A DNA stretch of 64,000 nucleotides, taken from contig CANHCU010000004.1 of assembly GCA_947459185.1 (NCBI GenBank), positions 1,673 through 65,672 of the forward strand. Reading direction: 5' to 3'. A program made the translations under genes and the position numbers. Source of the DNA: Planctomycetaceae bacterium. GTDB lineage: Bacteria > Planctomycetota > Planctomycetia > Pirellulales > UBA1268. The notes under the pieces are model-generated. The model made no database searches. It saw only the letters and a program-made list of their open reading frames with translations, and had not been told where the DNA came from. Below, in pieces: positions 18,655 to 28,292 of the stretch (position 1 is its first letter; every line of letters starts with the position of its first letter).

Positions 18655-20010
18655 TTGGTTCTCAAGTTCATCCCCAAGATCGCGATCGTCGGCCGGCCCA
18701 ATGTCGGCAAATCGACCCTCTTCAACTGGCTCGTCGAGAAGCGGATCGCCATCGAGGACCCGACGGCAGGCGTAACGCGAGACCGGCTCGTGCAGCGGCT
18801 CTCGCTGGAGGGCCGCACGGTCGATCTGGTTGACACCGGCGGCATGGGCTTCGACGACCCCGACGGCCTCACCGCGCGGATCGACGCCCAGATCGAGGCG
18901 GGCCTGGGCGAGGCTGCGGTCATCCTGCTCGTCGTCGATGTCCGGAGTGGTCTGGTGGCGGCCGACCACGAGGTGGCCGCCCGCGTTCGCCGCATCGGCG
19001 TGCCGGTCCTGCTCGTCGCGAACAAGGCCGACGATGCCAAACTCGACAACCATGCCCACGAGTTCGCCGCGCTCGGTTTCGGTGAGCCGCTGATCGTGAG
19101 CGCCCGGCAGCACCGCAACCGCGAGCCGCTCATCGACGCAATCCTGGCCCGCCTGCCAGAGACGGCCGCCGGCGAGGAGGAGCCTTCCGCCGAACTCCCG
19201 GAGATGAAACTGGCGATTGTTGGACGGCGAAACGTCGGCAAGAGCACGTTCGTGAACAGTCTGGCCCAGGAAGAGCGGGTGATCACGAGCCCCGTGGCGG
19301 GCACGACCCGAGACTCGGTAGACGTGCGGTTTGAGGTGGACGGCCACACGTTCCTCGCCATCGACACGCCCGGTCTGCGGCGGACGAAGAGCCGCACCAC
19401 CGACATCGACTTTTATTCCACGCACCGGGCACAGCGGAGCATCCGCCGCGCCGACGTCGTGCTGCTCTTCTTCGACGCCTCGGAGCCGGTGGGCCGTGTC
19501 GACAAGCAGCTTGCCGACACGATCATGGAGGAGGCGAAGCCGGTGGTGTTCGTCGTCAACAAGTGGGACCTCTACGCTGCGGATGTCGAACGCGGCGAGT
19601 GGGCCGACTACCTGCGGGATACTTTCCGCACCATGCCGTGGGCGCCGGTGGCATTTGTGACGTCCACGAGCGGCCGCAACGTGAAGGCGGTGGTGGACAC
19701 CGCGCAGCGGCTCTACCGGCAGAGTCACGAACGGGTGCCGACGGCGAAGCTCAACACGATCTTGCGTGAGGCGATCGACGCCAACCATCCACCGGCCGAT
19801 CCCCGGGGGCGGCCGGTGCGGATCTACTATGCCACGCAGGTGGAAACCGCTCCACCGACGATCGTGCTCTCGACGAGCGCACCGAAGAGCGTGTCGGAGG
19901 GCTACAAGCGGTATCTCGTCGGCGCCCTCCGCAAGACGACGCCCTTCCGCGAGGTGCCGATCCGGCTCTACGTCCGCGGCCGCACGAAAGAGGAGAAGGA
20001 CGAGGAGTAG
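18655..20010 (+). CDS. der: Ribosome-associated GTPase Der (EngA), two GTPase domains
   Basis: IAIVGRPNVGKSTLFN and LAIVGRRNVGKSTFVN P-loops, DTGG/DTPG, NKAD/NKWD. TTG start. Confidence 0.92.
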   Translation: MVLKFIPKIAIVGRPNVGKSTLFNWLVEKRIAIEDPTAGVTRDRLVQRLSLEGRTVDLVDTGGMGFDDPDGLTARIDAQIEAGLGEAAVILLVVDVRSGLVAADHEVAARVRRIGVPVLLVANKADDAKLDNHAHEFAALGFGEPLIVSARQHRNREPLIDAILARLPETAAGEEEPSAELPEMKLAIVGRRNVGKSTFVNSLAQEERVITSPVAGTTRDSVDVRFEVDGHTFLAIDTPGLRRTKSRTTDIDFYSTHRAQRSIRRADVVLLFFDASEPVGRVDKQLADTIMEEAKPVVFVVNKWDLYAADVERGEWADYLRDTFRTMPWAPVAFVTSTSGRNVKAVVDTAQRLYRQSHERVPTAKLNTILREAIDANHPPADPRGRPVRIYYATQVETAPPTIVLSTSAPKSVSEGYKRYLVGALRKTTPFREVPIRLYVRGRTKEEKDEE

Positions 20011-20017
20011 AAGGTCA

Positions 20018-20139
20018 ATACAAGCCCGGAGCGCAAGCGATGGGATACGCCCCCGCCGGTGCACCATCCCCCGGCTCGCGCCGGGGGCTTTTATGGGATC
20101 CGCCCCCCATACAAGCCCGGAGCGCAAGCGATGGGATAC
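20018..20139. repeat. REP-like cluster A-B-A
   Basis: atacaagcccggagcgcaagcgatgggatac at 20018-20048 and 20108-20139 (direct), flanking catcccccggctcgcgccgggggcttttatggg (20065-20097). Convergent der/mnmE gap. Confidence 0.85.
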
Positions 20140-20154
20140 CGGGGCCGTGACGCC

Positions 20155-21384
20155 TCACAGCCCACTGCCTTTCCCGACGAACATTCCGTCCATCGCCTGC
20201 CCGCGCAGCCCCTCCACCAACGCCGCCTGTCGCTCCGTAAACGGCACGCCGCTGTCGAGAAGCCCAGGTTCCTGAGCCTCCTCCGGAACGAGCCGCCGCA
20301 CGATCTCCGTGGCCAGTGCTGCGACACCAGCACCGCTCGTGGCGCTCGTCCAGACCACTCCGCTTGTTTCGGCCGCGGCGACGGCTCCTCCGGTCAGGTC
20401 GGCCTTCGATGCCACCAGCAGTTCGCGGTTCGGCATCGCGGCCGACGAGGTCATGCCGACCTGCCGCCCATCGACGACACGGAGCACGAGATCGGCCTCC
20501 TCACGGGCGGCGATCGCCCGGTCGATGCCGGCCTGCTCGACGCCGATCGCCGCGTCATCACCACCGTCCTCCCGAAGCCCGGCCGTATCGACCAAATCAA
20601 TCTCCCAGCCGTCGAGTACAACACGCGTTTCCAGCAGGTCGCGGGTGGTGCCCGGCTCGGGCGACACGATGCTCCGGGCGTGACCTGCCAGGGCATTGAC
20701 GAGGCTGCTCTTGCCAGCGTTCACACTCCCCGTCACGACGACCCGCCACGGCCGCGTCAGCCGCAGGCCGACACGTGCCGCACGGCCGAGCCTGTCGAGG
20801 GCAACTCGCGCCTCGGCCACGCGGCCATCGGCGAGGAGCCCCTTCGCTCGCACAATCTCCGCCTCCAGCCCGCCGGCCAACTGCCGCGAGAGGATCCTCA
20901 CCGCCTTCGGCCCGCCAGCGATGGCGAGAGCCTCGCGGGCCTCCACCTCGATCTCCGGAGTGCCGCCCGCCCGCAGCCACGCCGGCCATGCCTGCCGCGC
21001 AGCCCCGAACTGCTCGAGGCTCGCGATGACCGCCTCGGATGCGGCAAGCCCGCCATGGCAATGGATCTCGAGATCGTCTGCCCCGCGCCGAACGACGACC
21101 AGATCCTCACCCGGCCCTTCCGCAGCACCCGTCCAGCGGCCAAACACGATCGCTCCCTCTGGCCGTTGGGCCAGCGGCAGCGGACCGCGCGGCGAGAATA
21201 GCCGTGCGACCGATTCCTGAGCACCCGACCCAGCAACTCCCACCACTGCCAGGGCACCGCGGCCCACGGGCGTGAGCAGAGCCACCCTCACGGCATCACG
21301 CCCCACTGGCCGGCCATCGCCATCATCGCTAGAACCTTGCGTGCGTCGATCGTCCTGCAAACCGTTCACGGAGTTCGTAGCCAT
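20155..21384 (-). CDS. mnmE: tRNA modification GTPase MnmE
   Basis: VVVTGSVNAGKSSLVNALAG, DTAGLRE, C-terminal FVGK motif. Start uncertain: ATG 21384 shares CCATGG with bcp, and a downstream GTG is possible. Confidence 0.88.
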   Translation of the reverse strand: MATNSVNGLQDDRRTQGSSDDGDGRPVGRDAVRVALLTPVGRGALAVVGVAGSGAQESVARLFSPRGPLPLAQRPEGAIVFGRWTGAAEGPGEDLVVVRRGADDLEIHCHGGLAASEAVIASLEQFGAARQAWPAWLRAGGTPEIEVEAREALAIAGGPKAVRILSRQLAGGLEAEIVRAKGLLADGRVAEARVALDRLGRAARVGLRLTRPWRVVVTGSVNAGKSSLVNALAGHARSIVSPEPGTTRDLLETRVVLDGWEIDLVDTAGLREDGGDDAAIGVEQAGIDRAIAAREEADLVLRVVDGRQVGMTSSAAMPNRELLVASKADLTGGAVAAAETSGVVWTSATSGAGVAALATEIVRRLVPEEAQEPGLLDSGVPFTERQAALVEGLRGQAMDGMFVGKGSGL

Positions 21385-21871
21385 GGCTGACTGGATCGAG
21401 GAAGGTTCAAAGGCGCCCGATTTCACGCTGCCGACGCACGACGGCACGAAGCTCAAGCTGTCGAGCCTCAAGGGCACGCCGGTGGTCCTCTATTTCTACC
21501 CCAAGGACGACACGCCCGGGTGCACGAAGGAGGCCTGCGGCTTCCGCGACGCCAAGGCCACGTTGGCCAAGCACAAGGCCGTGATCCTGGGCGTGAGCCC
21601 CGACGACTCCGAGAGCCACGAGCAATTTCGACTGAAATACAAGCTGCCGTTCACGCTGCTGGCCGACGTCGATCACAAGGTCGCCGAGAAATACGGCGCC
21701 TGGCGTGAGAAGAACATGTACGGCAAGAAGTCGATGGGAATCGCCCGGAGCACCTTCATCATCGACGCTGCCGGCATGGTGGCGAAGGTGTTCAAGGCGG
21801 TGAGGGCGGATGGCCACGCGGACCAGGTGCTCGAGTCGCTCGCGTTGTTGCCGCCTGCACGGAAGGCATAA
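21383..21871 (+). CDS. bcp: Thioredoxin-dependent peroxiredoxin Bcp
   Basis: MADWIEEGSKAPDFTLP, VVLYFYPKDDTPGCTKEACGFRD. Confidence 0.92.
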   Translation: MADWIEEGSKAPDFTLPTHDGTKLKLSSLKGTPVVLYFYPKDDTPGCTKEACGFRDAKATLAKHKAVILGVSPDDSESHEQFRLKYKLPFTLLADVDHKVAEKYGAWREKNMYGKKSMGIARSTFIIDAAGMVAKVFKAVRADGHADQVLESLALLPPARKA

Positions 21872-21992
21872 CCGTCACCACACGCCGGAGAGCATCTCTG
21901 GAACCTGCATCCGTCGCTGCCGCACGGCAGCCAGCGAGGCTGGGCGGTGCATACTTGCGGGCCGGATCCACCGGCATGCAACAAGGAGCACC

Positions 21993-22688
21993 ATGCAGTC
22001 ATTCCTCGCCAAGTGTGCCGCTCTGGGCATCGTTGCGGGCGGCTTCACGCTCACCGGCGACGTGGGCCGGCTCGCGGAACGCGGCCAGCGACTCCTTGAT
22101 GCCCGCACGGTGCCGTCGGAGACACCCGCTGAGCCTGTGACCAACGGGCTCGATGCCACACCGCAAACCACCGAAGCCCCACAACCCGCTCCGGCCGTGG
22201 CATCTCAGTCCGCCGGCGAGCCGGCCCCCGCTGCGGCTCCTGCATCCCCCTCCCCGGCCCCCACGCGGCCGCTGCCCAGCGTTCCGCTCCTCGACGCACC
22301 GGTTGGCCGAACCGTCGCAATCCCACCGCCGCCCACCAGTGGCCCCGCCAGTGTCGATCTTCGCCAGGTGCCGGCCGGCAGTCGGATGCTCGTCTGGGTC
22401 CGACGGCCCGGCTCCACGGGCCGATCCGGTTCGGCCGACCTGATCGCGCTTGATCTCATCGATCCGAACACCGGCGAAGCGCTCGAGCATCGCCATGCCG
22501 CGATGACCCACGGCAGCGAGGGCACGACCGTGCATGCAGCCCCGCGTCGCGTGGTGATCACGCGCGACGCCACCAACAGGATTGCCAAGGGCGGGATGCT
22601 GCGGATCACGCCGCTGCACGGCGTCATCGGGCTCGGGAATGAGGAAGCGATCGGCACCGTGCTGGCGGTCGAAGTCCAGAGCCGGTGA
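21993..22688 (+). CDS. Hypothetical exported Pro/Ala-rich protein
   Basis: AAGGAG-like RBS before ATG 21993. Hydrophobic N-terminus MQSFLAKCAALGIVAGGF. No recognised domain. Confidence 0.5.
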   Translation: MQSFLAKCAALGIVAGGFTLTGDVGRLAERGQRLLDARTVPSETPAEPVTNGLDATPQTTEAPQPAPAVASQSAGEPAPAAAPASPSPAPTRPLPSVPLLDAPVGRTVAIPPPPTSGPASVDLRQVPAGSRMLVWVRRPGSTGRSGSADLIALDLIDPNTGEALEHRHAAMTHGSEGTTVHAAPRRVVITRDATNRIAKGGMLRITPLHGVIGLGNEEAIGTVLAVEVQSR

Positions 22689-22697
22689 CGTTCGCCG

Positions 22698-24386
22698 TCA
22701 CGCCTCGTCGCCGGCTTCCTGGGCTTCGCGATCGCTCGACCAGCCGACCCGCTTCTTGGAGAGGCCGATCTTCCGCTCGTCGGTATCGACACGGAGGATT
22801 TTGACCTCGAGCGGATCGCCAACCTTCACGACATCCTCGGCGTTCTCGATCTTGTCTTCCGAGAGTTCGGAGATGTGAAGGAGGCCCTCGAGGCCGTCCT
22901 CCAGCCCGACGAACACGCCGAAGTTGGTGATCTTTGTGACGGTGCCCTTCACGACGTCGCCGGTTTTGTAACGCTGCGGAATGTCCGTGGACCAGGGATC
23001 GTCGGCCATCTGCTTGAGCCCAAGGGCGATCCGCCGACGCTGCTGGTCAACTGAGAGCACCTTGCACTCGACCTCGTTGCCCTTGTCGAGCATTTCGCTG
23101 GGATGCGTCACCTTGCGCGTCCACGACATGTCGGTCACATGGAGCAGGCCGTCGATGCCATCGTCGATCTCGATGAACGCGCCGTAGTTGGTGAGGTTCC
23201 GCACCACGCCCTTGACGATCGCGCCCGGCGGGTAATCGGCGGCCACCTTCTCCCAGGGATTCTGCTGGGTCTGCTTCATGCCCAGCGAGATTTCCTGCTT
23301 TTCCTTGTTGATGGCGAGCACCACCACCTCGACCTCGTCGCCCGGCTTGACCAGTTCGCTGGGATGGCTGACCCGCTTTGTCCAGCTCATCTCGCTGATG
23401 TGGACAAGTCCCTCGACGCCGTCTTCCAGCTTCACGAAGGCACCATAGCTCATCACGTTGACGACCGTGCCCTTGCAGACGGTGCCGACCGGATACTTGT
23501 CGGCCACCTTCGCCCACGGGCTTGCGGTTCGCTGCTTCATGCCCAGCGCGATCTTCTCCCGCTCGCGGTCGATGTGGAGCACCTGCACCTCGACCTCCTG
23601 GTCGATCTGCACCATCTCGCTCGGATGGCCGATGCGGCCCCAGCTCATGTCGGTGATGTGCAGCAGACCGTCGATGCCGCCCAGATCGACGAAGGCGCCG
23701 AAGTCGGCGATGTTCTTGACGACGCCACGGCGGATCTGGCCCACCTCGAGCGTCTCCATGAGTTGCTTCTTCCGCTCGGCCCGCTCCTGTTCGATGAGTG
23801 CCCGACGCGACACGACGATGTTCCGCCTCGCCTCGTCGATTTTCAGCACGAGGCACTGGATCGCCCGACCGCAGTAGTCGCCGATGTCGGCGGGGCGACG
23901 AATGTCAACCTGGCTCGCCGGCAGGAAGACGTTGACGCCGGAGATGTCCACGAGCAGACCACCCTTGATCTTGCGGGTGACGAAGCCGGTGACGACGTCG
24001 TTCTCGTGAACGCTCTCCATCACGCGCAGCCAGTCCTCGATCCGGCGCGCCTTCCGCTTGGAGAGCGTGATCAGCCCACGCTGCTCCTCGACCTGACCGT
24101 CCTCGAACTCCTCGAGCAGCACCTTGACGATGTCGCCCACCTGCGGCGGCGGCTCGGTCTCATCCCATTCGTTCCGCGGGATGTGGCCTTCGCTCTTGTA
24201 GCCCACGTCAACGAGCACAAACTCGTCATCGACCCGCAACACCTTCCCCTCGAGCACCGAGTTGACCGCCAGCGTGGAGGTTCCGATCGAGTATTCGCCC
24301 TCTTCCGTTCCAGCCAGGGCGAGTTCCAGTTCCTGATCGAGTTCGTCTCCGAGTTCAAGTTCGCGAATGAGGTTGCGGTTGACCAT
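22698..24386 (-). CDS. rpsA: 30S ribosomal protein S1 (six S1 domains)
   Basis: Repeated S1 motifs (GxVxxVxxFGAFVDLGG.DGLLHISE) six times. Start at MVNRNLIRE. Confidence 0.95.
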   Translation of the reverse strand: MVNRNLIRELELGDELDQELELALAGTEEGEYSIGTSTLAVNSVLEGKVLRVDDEFVLVDVGYKSEGHIPRNEWDETEPPPQVGDIVKVLLEEFEDGQVEEQRGLITLSKRKARRIEDWLRVMESVHENDVVTGFVTRKIKGGLLVDISGVNVFLPASQVDIRRPADIGDYCGRAIQCLVLKIDEARRNIVVSRRALIEQERAERKKQLMETLEVGQIRRGVVKNIADFGAFVDLGGIDGLLHITDMSWGRIGHPSEMVQIDQEVEVQVLHIDREREKIALGMKQRTASPWAKVADKYPVGTVCKGTVVNVMSYGAFVKLEDGVEGLVHISEMSWTKRVSHPSELVKPGDEVEVVVLAINKEKQEISLGMKQTQQNPWEKVAADYPPGAIVKGVVRNLTNYGAFIEIDDGIDGLLHVTDMSWTRKVTHPSEMLDKGNEVECKVLSVDQQRRRIALGLKQMADDPWSTDIPQRYKTGDVVKGTVTKITNFGVFVGLEDGLEGLLHISELSEDKIENAEDVVKVGDPLEVKILRVDTDERKIGLSKKRVGWSSDREAQEAGDEA

Positions 24387-24577
24387 GCGTGGGGGGGGTT
24401 TTGGGTAAACGGGTTGGGGGAGGAGGACTCGCGGGCCACAATGGATCGAGCCGCGAAGTGTATCAGCCAGAGGGCGGCTGAACAATCGAGTGTTTGCCCC
24501 CGCCGCCCCAGATTCTCCGATCGTTACGGCGGCCCCGCCCCGCGAGGCGGCATACGGCCGCGGCCGATGAAATTCGT

Positions 24578-25540
24578 ATGAATCGGTTCCACCCCCTCCC
24601 GCTGCTGGCCGCCTTGGCAGCACTCGCCCTCACCTTGCCTGCCAGGGCCCAATTCGCGGCCCCGGAGGCGGGTTCTGCGGCCCCCTCGCTGGGTGACGCC
24701 CGCACGCAGAAATACCGGGTCGGCGTGATGGTGACGGCCGAGGGCGGGGCGTGCCGGGATATCTATGCCACCCTCCCAGTGCCTGCCGACTGGCCTGAGC
24801 AGAAGGTGCAGATCCTCCAGGAGGACGTCTCGCCCGACGTCCGCGGCCTGCGGTATCGCACGCTGCCGGGGGGAGTGAAGCAGATGATCGTGGAGATCCC
24901 CAGCCTGGCCGCCGGCGACAAGGCGCACGCGATCGTGACCTTTTCGCTCGAACGCGCATCGATCACCCCGCCAGCCAACCCGTCGCCGCTGACGATCCCG
25001 CAGAAGCCCGACCGGGCGCTGCGGGCCTTCCTCGGGGCGAGCCCCTACATCGAAACACGTCACCCGAAGATCATGAAACTGGCGAAGGCGACCGGCGAGG
25101 ATCTCGATGGCTGGCAGAAGGTGGAGGCGATCTATGACACGGTTCGCGAGAAGGTCGAATACCGCAACGGCGACCTGAAGGGGGCGGCACGGGCGTTGGC
25201 CGACGGCTGGGGGGACTGCGAGGAACTCACCTGCCTGTTCATCGCCATGGCGCGGGCCGAAGGCATTCCGGCGCGGACGGTCTGGGTCGAAGGCCACTGC
25301 TACCCGGAGTTTTACCTCGTCGATGCAGACGGCCAGGGCTGGTGGTATCCTTGCCAGGCGGCCGGCACACGGGCCTTCGGCGGCATGCCCGACCAACTGC
25401 CGATCCTGCAGAAGGGGGATGCCTTTCGCGATCCCGACCGCCCCGGCAAAACGCTGCGATACGTCTCGGAGTTCATCAAGGGCTCCGCCAAGGATGGCGG
25501 CGGCTCGCCCAAGGTGACATGGATCCGAGAAGGGGCGTGA
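24578..25540 (+). CDS. Secreted transglutaminase-like cysteine protease-fold protein
   Basis: Signal peptide MNRFHPLPLLAALAALALTLPARA. Core GWGDCEELTCLFIAMARAEGIPARTVWVEGHCYPEFY (Cys...His). Confidence 0.8.
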   Translation: MNRFHPLPLLAALAALALTLPARAQFAAPEAGSAAPSLGDARTQKYRVGVMVTAEGGACRDIYATLPVPADWPEQKVQILQEDVSPDVRGLRYRTLPGGVKQMIVEIPSLAAGDKAHAIVTFSLERASITPPANPSPLTIPQKPDRALRAFLGASPYIETRHPKIMKLAKATGEDLDGWQKVEAIYDTVREKVEYRNGDLKGAARALADGWGDCEELTCLFIAMARAEGIPARTVWVEGHCYPEFYLVDADGQGWWYPCQAAGTRAFGGMPDQLPILQKGDAFRDPDRPGKTLRYVSEFIKGSAKDGGGSPKVTWIREGA

Positions 25541-25546
25541 TGCCGC

Positions 25547-26482
25547 TTACTCGGCGCCGGCGAAGATTTCTTCGTTGAGCGGACGGCCGAAGGCGTCCTT
25601 GGCGACGGGCGTGAACCACCGCGGCACGATCGGCAGACCGGCCTCTCGCCAGACTGCTTCCAGCCGATCCCCGGCCACCTTCACGATCCGTTCGCGACCG
25701 CGGCCGGCCAGCGTGGAGCGATCGGCCCACGGCGTCACAGGTCCCTCGAAGCCGGCGTTCTTCGCCTGCGTCAGCACGGCGGCGGAATTGATCACCCCGG
25801 TGTCACCAGGCATCAGCCGCTGCGCGTGCGTGAGTTCCGCCGCTGCCACATCGCGGGGGGCATCGGAAAGCCGCACTTCGACGATCCGACCCTTCGGCAC
25901 CTTCGTGATCATCTCGAGCGGTTCGCCCGTGATGTGCAGGGCCCAGGAATCGACCACCGCGCCGACGCGGGGATGCGACACGGCCAACAGGCCGAGCAGC
26001 CCTTCGAAGGTGTGCACGAACTGATGAGTCTTCTCGGCGCGGGCCTCGGCCTCCGGCGTGATCGCCAGGCCGAGCGAGATGCCGTGGGGATCGAGCATGC
26101 CGCCGATGGTGTCGAGCCGCGTGCGGTACTGCTCGAAGAAGTCCTTGAAGGAATGTTCGTCGGATGCGGCCGCAATCGAGGCAACCGCACGGGTGGCCTC
26201 GGTCGCCTGGGCAAACTCGAGCCGTTTCGGCAGGAGTGCCAATTCGGCATTGAAAGTCGCGTCGTCCGCATCAAGCGTCACGGGGAGTCGAAACACGCCG
26301 CACTTCAGCCGCGCGCTCACCATCAGCCGCCGTGCATGGGGCACGCCGAAGGTCTCTGCCTGCTGCTGAAAATCGACGAGGTCGATGTCCATCGCGTCGA
26401 AGCCGAACGACAGGGCCAGTTCGATGAGTTCGCTGGGGCGTCCGGAAAGCGGCAGGCCAAACGTGCTGAGGTTGCGGAACAT
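25547..26482 (-). CDS. Sugar phosphate isomerase/epimerase-family TIM-barrel protein
   Basis: MFRNLSTFGLPLSGRPSELIELALSFGFDAMDIDL, and a periodic beta/alpha pattern typical of AP-endonuclease-2/xylose-isomerase-like barrels. Confidence 0.65.
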   Translation of the reverse strand: MFRNLSTFGLPLSGRPSELIELALSFGFDAMDIDLVDFQQQAETFGVPHARRLMVSARLKCGVFRLPVTLDADDATFNAELALLPKRLEFAQATEATRAVASIAAASDEHSFKDFFEQYRTRLDTIGGMLDPHGISLGLAITPEAEARAEKTHQFVHTFEGLLGLLAVSHPRVGAVVDSWALHITGEPLEMITKVPKGRIVEVRLSDAPRDVAAAELTHAQRLMPGDTGVINSAAVLTQAKNAGFEGPVTPWADRSTLAGRGRERIVKVAGDRLEAVWREAGLPIVPRWFTPVAKDAFGRPLNEEIFAGAE

Positions 26483-26601
26483 CCTGGGGAAAATCTCCTG
26501 TGTTCTTGAAGGCTGGGGTGTCGCAGTATGACCGAAACCCGCCGGTTTTTGAAGCGGGGGGTGGCGAGCGCGAGCGAAGGGACGGTGCGCCCGTGAAAAC
26601 G

Positions 26602-26672
26602 CTATCCCCCGGCTTCCGCCGGGGGCTTGTATGAAAACGTTCATACAAGCCCTGAGCGCGAGCGACGGGATC
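26602..26672. repeat. REP-like pair: family B (reverse) + family A
   Basis: ctatcccccggcttccgccgggggcttgtatg and catacaagccctgagcgcgagcgacgggatc. Confidence 0.8.
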
Positions 26673-26694
26673 CCGCGTCCCCGTTGTGCCCCCC

Positions 26695-28122
26695 CTACCT
26701 CGCCGGCTGCAGCTCGGCGAGATTCATGCCCAGCCGCTTCAGCTTCTTGTAGAGAGTGGTGCGGTTGATACCGAGGGCCCTGGCGGCGGCGTCCCGCCGC
26801 CAGTTGGATCGCTCCAACGCCTCGATGATCAGCCGCCGCTCCGGATGGGCCATCGATGTCTTCAGCGAGGTCTTGAGCGATCCCGCGGCGGCGGCAGCCG
26901 CACCAGCCGCCACCATCTCAACCCCGTCCCCTTCGGCGGCGAGCCTGACCGCGGGCGGCAGGTCGGCGGCTCCGATCCATGCCCCACGACCGAGAAACAC
27001 CGCGTATTCCACCGCGTGCTCGAGTTCGCGGACGTTGCCCGGCCAGCGATACCTCGCGAGTGCGTCCAGGGCCGCGGGTGAGAATCCCTCCACCTCGCGG
27101 CCGCCGCGGGCCACGGCGGCGACCCGAAAATGCTCCGCGAGCATCGGAATGTCGCTGGCCCGATCCCGGAGCGTGGGCATTTCGATCGTGATCACGTTCA
27201 CTCGCCAGAAGAGATCGGCGCGAAACGTGCCCGCTGCCACGAGCGCCGCGAGGTCCTCGTTGGTGGCCAAGATCACCCGCGTATCGACCGCATGCGTCTG
27301 CGAGCCACCCACCGACTCGAACCGCAGGTCCTGAAGCACCCGCAGGAGCTTCACCTGCATGGCAGGCGACGCAGTGGCGATCTCGTCGAGAAAGATCGTA
27401 CCGCCATCGGCCTGGCGGAACTTTCCGTCACGGTCGGCCGTGGCGCCTGTGAAGGCACCAGCCACGTGGCCGAAGAGTTCGCTTTCGAGCAGCGTTTCGC
27501 TGAGACAGCCGCAGGCCACTTCGACGAAACGCTTCTCACGGCGATGACTGGCCCGATGGATCTCACGGGCCAGGAGCGACTTGCCCGTGCCGCTCTCTCC
27601 GGTGATGAGCAGCGTCGCTGGGGCATCGGCGAGCCGGGCCACGAGGTCGAGCACATGCCGCATCGCCTCCGAAGAGCCGAGCAGTTTCGGCGTCGGGGGC
27701 TGGGCCTCGGCGGCCGCAGCACGCCGCCTGGCCGCCGCGAACGCCGTGTCGAGCGCGGCCAGCAGTTCCGCATCGCGTGCCGGCGTGCGGACGATCGCAT
27801 CGGGATCGATGCCCGGGGCCATCGACGTGGCAGGAGCCTCCGGCATCGTGATCACCAGTCCGGTGCCCGTCGCAGCGAGTCGCAGGCTGGCCGCGATTCG
27901 AGCAGCCCCATTCCCTGCCAGCAGACCGTCAACGATGCAGGCCGCATAGGGCTCACGGGCGAGAAGCGGCAGCGCCTCCTCGGCACGGCTGACGGCGCTC
28001 GCATGCCAACCGAGGCTGCAGAGCCACTGGGCGGTGCGGGATGCCACGCGGCGGTCGTCGTCCACCACAAGTACACGTCCCGGACTGGAAGGGCGATCGA
28101 CCGGCGCCGTGGAGCGGATCAT
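26695..28122 (-). CDS. Sigma54-dependent response regulator (NtrC family: REC + AAA+ + Fis-type HTH)
   Basis: REC VLVVDDDRRV...CIVDGLL. Walker A GESGTGKSLLAREIH, GAFTGA loop, C-terminal AAARALGINRTTLYKKLKRLG. Confidence 0.9.
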   Translation of the reverse strand: MIRSTAPVDRPSSPGRVLVVDDDRRVASRTAQWLCSLGWHASAVSRAEEALPLLAREPYAACIVDGLLAGNGAARIAASLRLAATGTGLVITMPEAPATSMAPGIDPDAIVRTPARDAELLAALDTAFAAARRRAAAAEAQPPTPKLLGSSEAMRHVLDLVARLADAPATLLITGESGTGKSLLAREIHRASHRREKRFVEVACGCLSETLLESELFGHVAGAFTGATADRDGKFRQADGGTIFLDEIATASPAMQVKLLRVLQDLRFESVGGSQTHAVDTRVILATNEDLAALVAAGTFRADLFWRVNVITIEMPTLRDRASDIPMLAEHFRVAAVARGGREVEGFSPAALDALARYRWPGNVRELEHAVEYAVFLGRGAWIGAADLPPAVRLAAEGDGVEMVAAGAAAAAAGSLKTSLKTSMAHPERRLIIEALERSNWRRDAAARALGINRTTLYKKLKRLGMNLAELQPAR

Positions 28123-28292
28123 GGTGGCATCCTGGGGAGCAAAGGTGCTGGCGAGAAAAGTCTCCACCAGTTCTTTAGGTCGCAATCCGGCGACAGCAAA
28201 GTCGCCGCAGGGCGACAATCCTGCCCAGGCGTCACCCTCGTGCCGACAGAATCGGCACAGGCCTCACACGCCGTTGGCATCGGCCGCAGGTG

